Part shown: one piece after another, positions 29,759 to 32,972 of the stretch
How the letters are laid out: the number at the start of each line of letters is the position of its first letter
How positions within the stretch are numbered: the stretch's first letter is position 1
NCBI GenBank assembly: GCA_038230375.1
Contig: JBBRNJ010000090.1
Coordinates: 1-32,972 of the forward strand
Length of the DNA stretch: 32,972 nucleotides
Direction of reading: 5' to 3'
From: Polyangiales bacterium
GTDB lineage: Bacteria; Myxococcota_A; Polyangia; Polyangiales; Polyangiaceae
Notes under the pieces: model-generated
The model's input: only the letters and a program-made list of their open reading frames with translations
What the model was told of the DNA's origin: nothing
The model's database searches: none
Translations under genes and position numbers: made by a program

Positions 29759-30271
29759 TTACTCGAACACCGTCGACCCATCCTTGCGGGCGTCATGGAG
29801 CATATCCTCCATTCCCATGGCGAGGGCGGTGGGCAGCTCATCGTCGGTAAACAGTCCAACCTCCTGGATCTCCATCGAATTCTTGGGTGGCCGGCTGGGC
29901 TCGTCGACGGTGCATCGCACCACGACGGTGACGGCGTGGAAGCGCGGATCGCGGTCGGGCCGCGAGTAGACGCCGACCACGCGCTCCACGTCGAGCCTCG
30001 TCACGCCCGCCTCCTCGAGCATCTCGCGGCCAAGGCCGACGGCCAGCGTTTCGCCCCACTCCAGGGTCCCGCCAGGCAAGGCCCACGTCCCGGTGTCGCC
30101 GCGACGAATGAGGAGCCAGCGCCCATCGCGCGTGCGCGCAGCGGCTGCGACGCCCACGACCGGACGACGCAGCAGATGACGTGCGGCCTCGTGCAGGATC
30201 GTGATGGCGTTCTTCGAATGGAGGACCGCCGGTAGGATGCGGGAAAACAAGGTGCCCGGGCGCGCTGACAT
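29759..30271 (-). CDS. NUDIX hydrolase
   Basis: WALPGGTLEWGETLAVGLGREMLEEAGV is a Nudix box (Gx5Ex7REUxEExGU); VYSRPDRDPRFH resembles ADP-ribose pyrophosphatase-like members. Confidence 0.93.
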   Translation of the reverse strand: MSARPGTLFSRILPAVLHSKNAITILHEAARHLLRRPVVGVAAAARTRDGRWLLIRRGDTGTWALPGGTLEWGETLAVGLGREMLEEAGVTRLDVERVVGVYSRPDRDPRFHAVTVVVRCTVDEPSRPPKNSMEIQEVGLFTDDELPTALAMGMEDMLHDARKDGSTVFE

Positions 30272-30388
30272 GCCGCCGCGACGCTAGCCGGAAACGGGCG
30301 CGGGGTGGCAGGGAGCTTCGTGCGGGGAGGAGGCTTGTCCCAAATATCGCCTGGCGCCCTTGAAATTGGCCACTAAGGTGTCGTCACA

Positions 30389-32080
30389 ATGCGGAGCCTC
30401 ACCCTGTTGTTCGGAATCGGCGCCACCACCCTGCTGGTCGCTGCGTGTTCTTCCACCGGAACGCACACGACGGGTGACACGCCCGGGGACGACGCCGGCA
30501 CCGGGATCGACCCCACCGCAGACGGCGGAGCCGAGAACAAGGACGGCGGCACACTCCCCGCGGGCCCCAACCCGTGCACCGTGGTCACGAAGGGAACGGC
30601 GGGCGTTCTCATCAGCGGGCGCCTGCTTCTCACCTCGGGGCCACTGGATGGCGAGCTCCTCATCGATGCCGCTGGCAAGATCTCCTGCGCGGCAGCGACC
30701 TGCAAGGCGACGGCGGGCTACGCGGCAGCGACGCACCTTGCGTGCGCCAACGCGGTGATCTCACCTGGCCTCGTGAACGCGCACGACCACACCGACTTCA
30801 ACACCGCGCCGCCGATCAACAGCAAGCAGCTCCGCTACACACACCGCAACGGCTGGCGCAAAGGCACGGGCGGCGAGACCAAGCTCACCGAGCCGCAGAC
30901 CAGCAACGACCCGAAGGTGATCGCCGCCGCGGAGCTTCGCTTCGTGATGGGCGGCGCGACCAGCCTCCTTGGCTCCGGTGGCATCGGCGGGATGGTGCGG
31001 AACCTTGCAAACTACAAGGACCAGACGCAGCTCGAAGGGCTCACCGGCAAGACGGTCTACTTCGACACGTTCCCGCTCGGGGATTCCAGCGGCGTCGAGA
31101 TCGCATCGGGCTGCGCGTACCCCGCCGTCCGCAGCACCGGCCAGGCATTCGCTGACGGCACCTATGCGCCGCACGTGGCCGAGGGCATCAACCCCGCGGC
31201 CGAGAACGAGTTCACGTGTGAGAAGGCCACGCTCATCACTGCGCGCACCGCGCTCATCCACGGCGTCGGCTTGAACGCGACGGACATCGCGCAGGTCGCC
31301 ACCAACAAGGCCACGCTGATCTGGTCGCCGCGCTCGAACGTCGCGCTGTACGGCAACACCGCCGCGATCACCGAGTACAAGAACGCTGGCGTGCCCATCG
31401 CGATGGGCACCGACTGGCTCGCATCCGGCTCCATGAACATGCTCCGCGAGCTCGCCTGCGCGGACTCTCTGAACCAGAAGTACTTCAAGGGCGCGCTCAC
31501 GGACCAGGAGCTGTGGGCGGCGGCCACGCACAATGGCGCGGTGGCGTCGGGCTTCGTCGGGCAGATTGGCGACCTGGTGGTGGGCGCCCAGGGCGACGTC
31601 GCGATCTTCGACGAGACATCAGGCAAGGACTACCGGGCCGTCATCGCTGGCGGCGTGGAGAACGTGCGGCTCGTGCTCAAGGGCGGAAAGCCTCTCTATG
31701 GCGACGCGGACGCTGTCGCTGCGCTGAAGCCCGGCTGCGATGCGCTGTCGGTCTGCGGCATCTCCAAGTCGGTGTGCGTCGACACTGCGGGCGTGACATT
31801 CGGGAACATCTCGACTGCCGCGATGAGCAGCTACCCGCTCTACTTCTGCAAGACGGCAGCGCCCACGGGCGAGCCTTCGTGCACCCCCTACCGAGACACC
31901 TATCCGATGGGAACGAGCGCGACCGATCGCGATGGCGATGGCATCGCAGACGCCAGCGACAACTGCCCCGATGTGTTCAACCCGACGCGACCCCTGGACG
32001 GAGCCACGCAGGCGGACACGGACATGGACGGAGCCGGCGACGCATGCGACGCGGCTCCCCTCGACGCGGCCAAGAAGTAA
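30389..32080 (+). CDS. Amidohydrolase-superfamily lipoprotein with C-terminal thrombospondin type-3-like repeats
   Basis: Lipobox LVAAC; PGLVNAHDH (HxH), PHVAEG, LIHG, WSPRSN..LYG and GTDW metal ligands; DRDGDGIADASDNCP and DTDMDGAGDACD Ca-binding repeats. Confidence 0.88.
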   Translation: MRSLTLLFGIGATTLLVAACSSTGTHTTGDTPGDDAGTGIDPTADGGAENKDGGTLPAGPNPCTVVTKGTAGVLISGRLLLTSGPLDGELLIDAAGKISCAAATCKATAGYAAATHLACANAVISPGLVNAHDHTDFNTAPPINSKQLRYTHRNGWRKGTGGETKLTEPQTSNDPKVIAAAELRFVMGGATSLLGSGGIGGMVRNLANYKDQTQLEGLTGKTVYFDTFPLGDSSGVEIASGCAYPAVRSTGQAFADGTYAPHVAEGINPAAENEFTCEKATLITARTALIHGVGLNATDIAQVATNKATLIWSPRSNVALYGNTAAITEYKNAGVPIAMGTDWLASGSMNMLRELACADSLNQKYFKGALTDQELWAAATHNGAVASGFVGQIGDLVVGAQGDVAIFDETSGKDYRAVIAGGVENVRLVLKGGKPLYGDADAVAALKPGCDALSVCGISKSVCVDTAGVTFGNISTAAMSSYPLYFCKTAAPTGEPSCTPYRDTYPMGTSATDRDGDGIADASDNCPDVFNPTRPLDGATQADTDMDGAGDACDAAPLDAAKK

Positions 32081-32114
32081 CGCCTCCTCGGCTTCGCGCG
32101 AGAAGTGTGAGGCT

Positions 32115-32861
32115 CTACTTGCCGGCGGGGCGTGCCCACGCGCCGAAGGTGTAGCCACCTGCACCGTGGCCGTCGATCTCGATCGCGAAGTGGAACTTCT
32201 GATCGTAATCGGTGACGCACCAGGGCTCGCCCGTGTTGATGATCGCGACAGGCTGCGTGGTCTTGTCGGTGCCGATGAGCGCGCCGCCTGGCTTCTGGAT
32301 CAGGATGTCGATGTCGGCGATGCCGTTGTCGGCGACGGCGAAGTAGCGGTAGCACATCCCCTTCCGCACCTCGATCGCGAACACATCGCGCTTGTCCTTC
32401 ACCGCGTGCAGGCGGCCCTCCTTGGGCTCCACGTACTTCACGAGGCCGGTGGGTGTGCCACACTGCTTGATCAGGGTCTCGTAGTCTTCCTTGTGCTTGC
32501 CCGTGAACGCGAGGCCGGCGAGGCACTCCTTGTCGCCGGTGGTGGCCTTCGGGAAGAGCGACTTCGGGGGGTTCTTCGCGATGAGCGGGGCCATCTCGAT
32601 CGGGCCGTCCTTGTCGTTGTCCTTCTCGTTCGGGTCGACGTGGTCCGCAAGCTCGGCTTGCTCGTGCACGCTCAGCCTGGGCGCAGCGGACGCAGACGGG
32701 GCGGCTGCCATGGATGCGGAGGGCATCGCTGATGCTGCCGCGGTCGAGCTCGTGTTCTCCGCATTCGTCGGCGGGGGTTTGTTACCGCCGCCGCAGCCAT
32801 AGGCCGCGCCGATGGCGGACACAGATAGAACCGCGAAACCCCCGACCCATGAGCTCTTCAT
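32115..32861 (-). CDS. Hypothetical lipoprotein
   Basis: Signal ending AAYGC, a Ser/Ala/Pro linker, then a beta-rich domain (CYRYFAVADNGIADIDILIQ). Start is ATG 32861 or GTG 32870. Confidence 0.75.
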   Translation of the reverse strand: MKSSWVGGFAVLSVSAIGAAYGCGGGNKPPPTNAENTSSTAAASAMPSASMAAAPSASAAPRLSVHEQAELADHVDPNEKDNDKDGPIEMAPLIAKNPPKSLFPKATTGDKECLAGLAFTGKHKEDYETLIKQCGTPTGLVKYVEPKEGRLHAVKDKRDVFAIEVRKGMCYRYFAVADNGIADIDILIQKPGGALIGTDKTTQPVAIINTGEPWCVTDYDQKFHFAIEIDGHGAGGYTFGAWARPAGK

Positions 32862-32972
32862 GCGGTCCACCCTATCGGTTTTTTAACCTCCGCGCTACAT
32901 GCCGGAGAATGCGGCTTGTCACCTATGAAGACACAGGCAGCCCCGGCCATGCGCGCGGGGCCATCCTCACCA

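Noticed and set aside
19893..30271. Redox operon as a mobile island or known anti-phage system
   Set aside because: No integrase, transposase, tRNA or flanking repeats, no obvious compositional shift by eye, and no recognised defence effector or cyclase. A defence role is not excluded but is unsupported.
32081..32114. Imperfect hairpin between the convergent amidohydrolase and lipoprotein genes
   Set aside because: Interrupted stem and no U-tract; cannot be supported as a terminator.

Overview
High-GC, gene-dense chromosomal segment. Gene content (Cys-rich lipoproteins with DAG linkers, Hanks-type Ser/Thr kinases, a TSP3-repeat amidohydrolase) suggests a myxobacterium, probably Polyangiales/Sorangiineae (inference). 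The left ~20 kb is mostly housekeeping and envelope genes: partial tkt, EamA, chalcone-isomerase-like protein, mltG-ruvX, hisS plus a beta-hairpin repeat protein, a cysteine desulfurase, a hybrid histidine kinase, an FKBP-parvulin-lnt-lipoprotein operon, DUF72, lptE-leuS and an MrfB/YprB-like exonuclease preceded by a palindrome resembling a LexA box. The standout is a tightly coupled minus-strand operon at ~19.9-30.3 kb. In order it encodes: a NUDIX hydrolase; an intact membrane Ser/Thr kinase; a pseudokinase-TM-pentaheme cytochrome c fusion; a protein with two cNMP-binding domains, four [4Fe-4S] motifs and a membrane domain with two H-x13-H pairs; a tetraheme c-TM-ferredoxin-circularly permuted TrxR-like flavoprotein fusion; and a secreted VWA protein with a CxxC next to its MIDAS loop. 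Together these read as a kinase- and cyclic-nucleotide-controlled transmembrane electron-transfer/signalling system for which I know no characterised example. No rRNA, tRNA, CRISPR array or mobile element was recognised.
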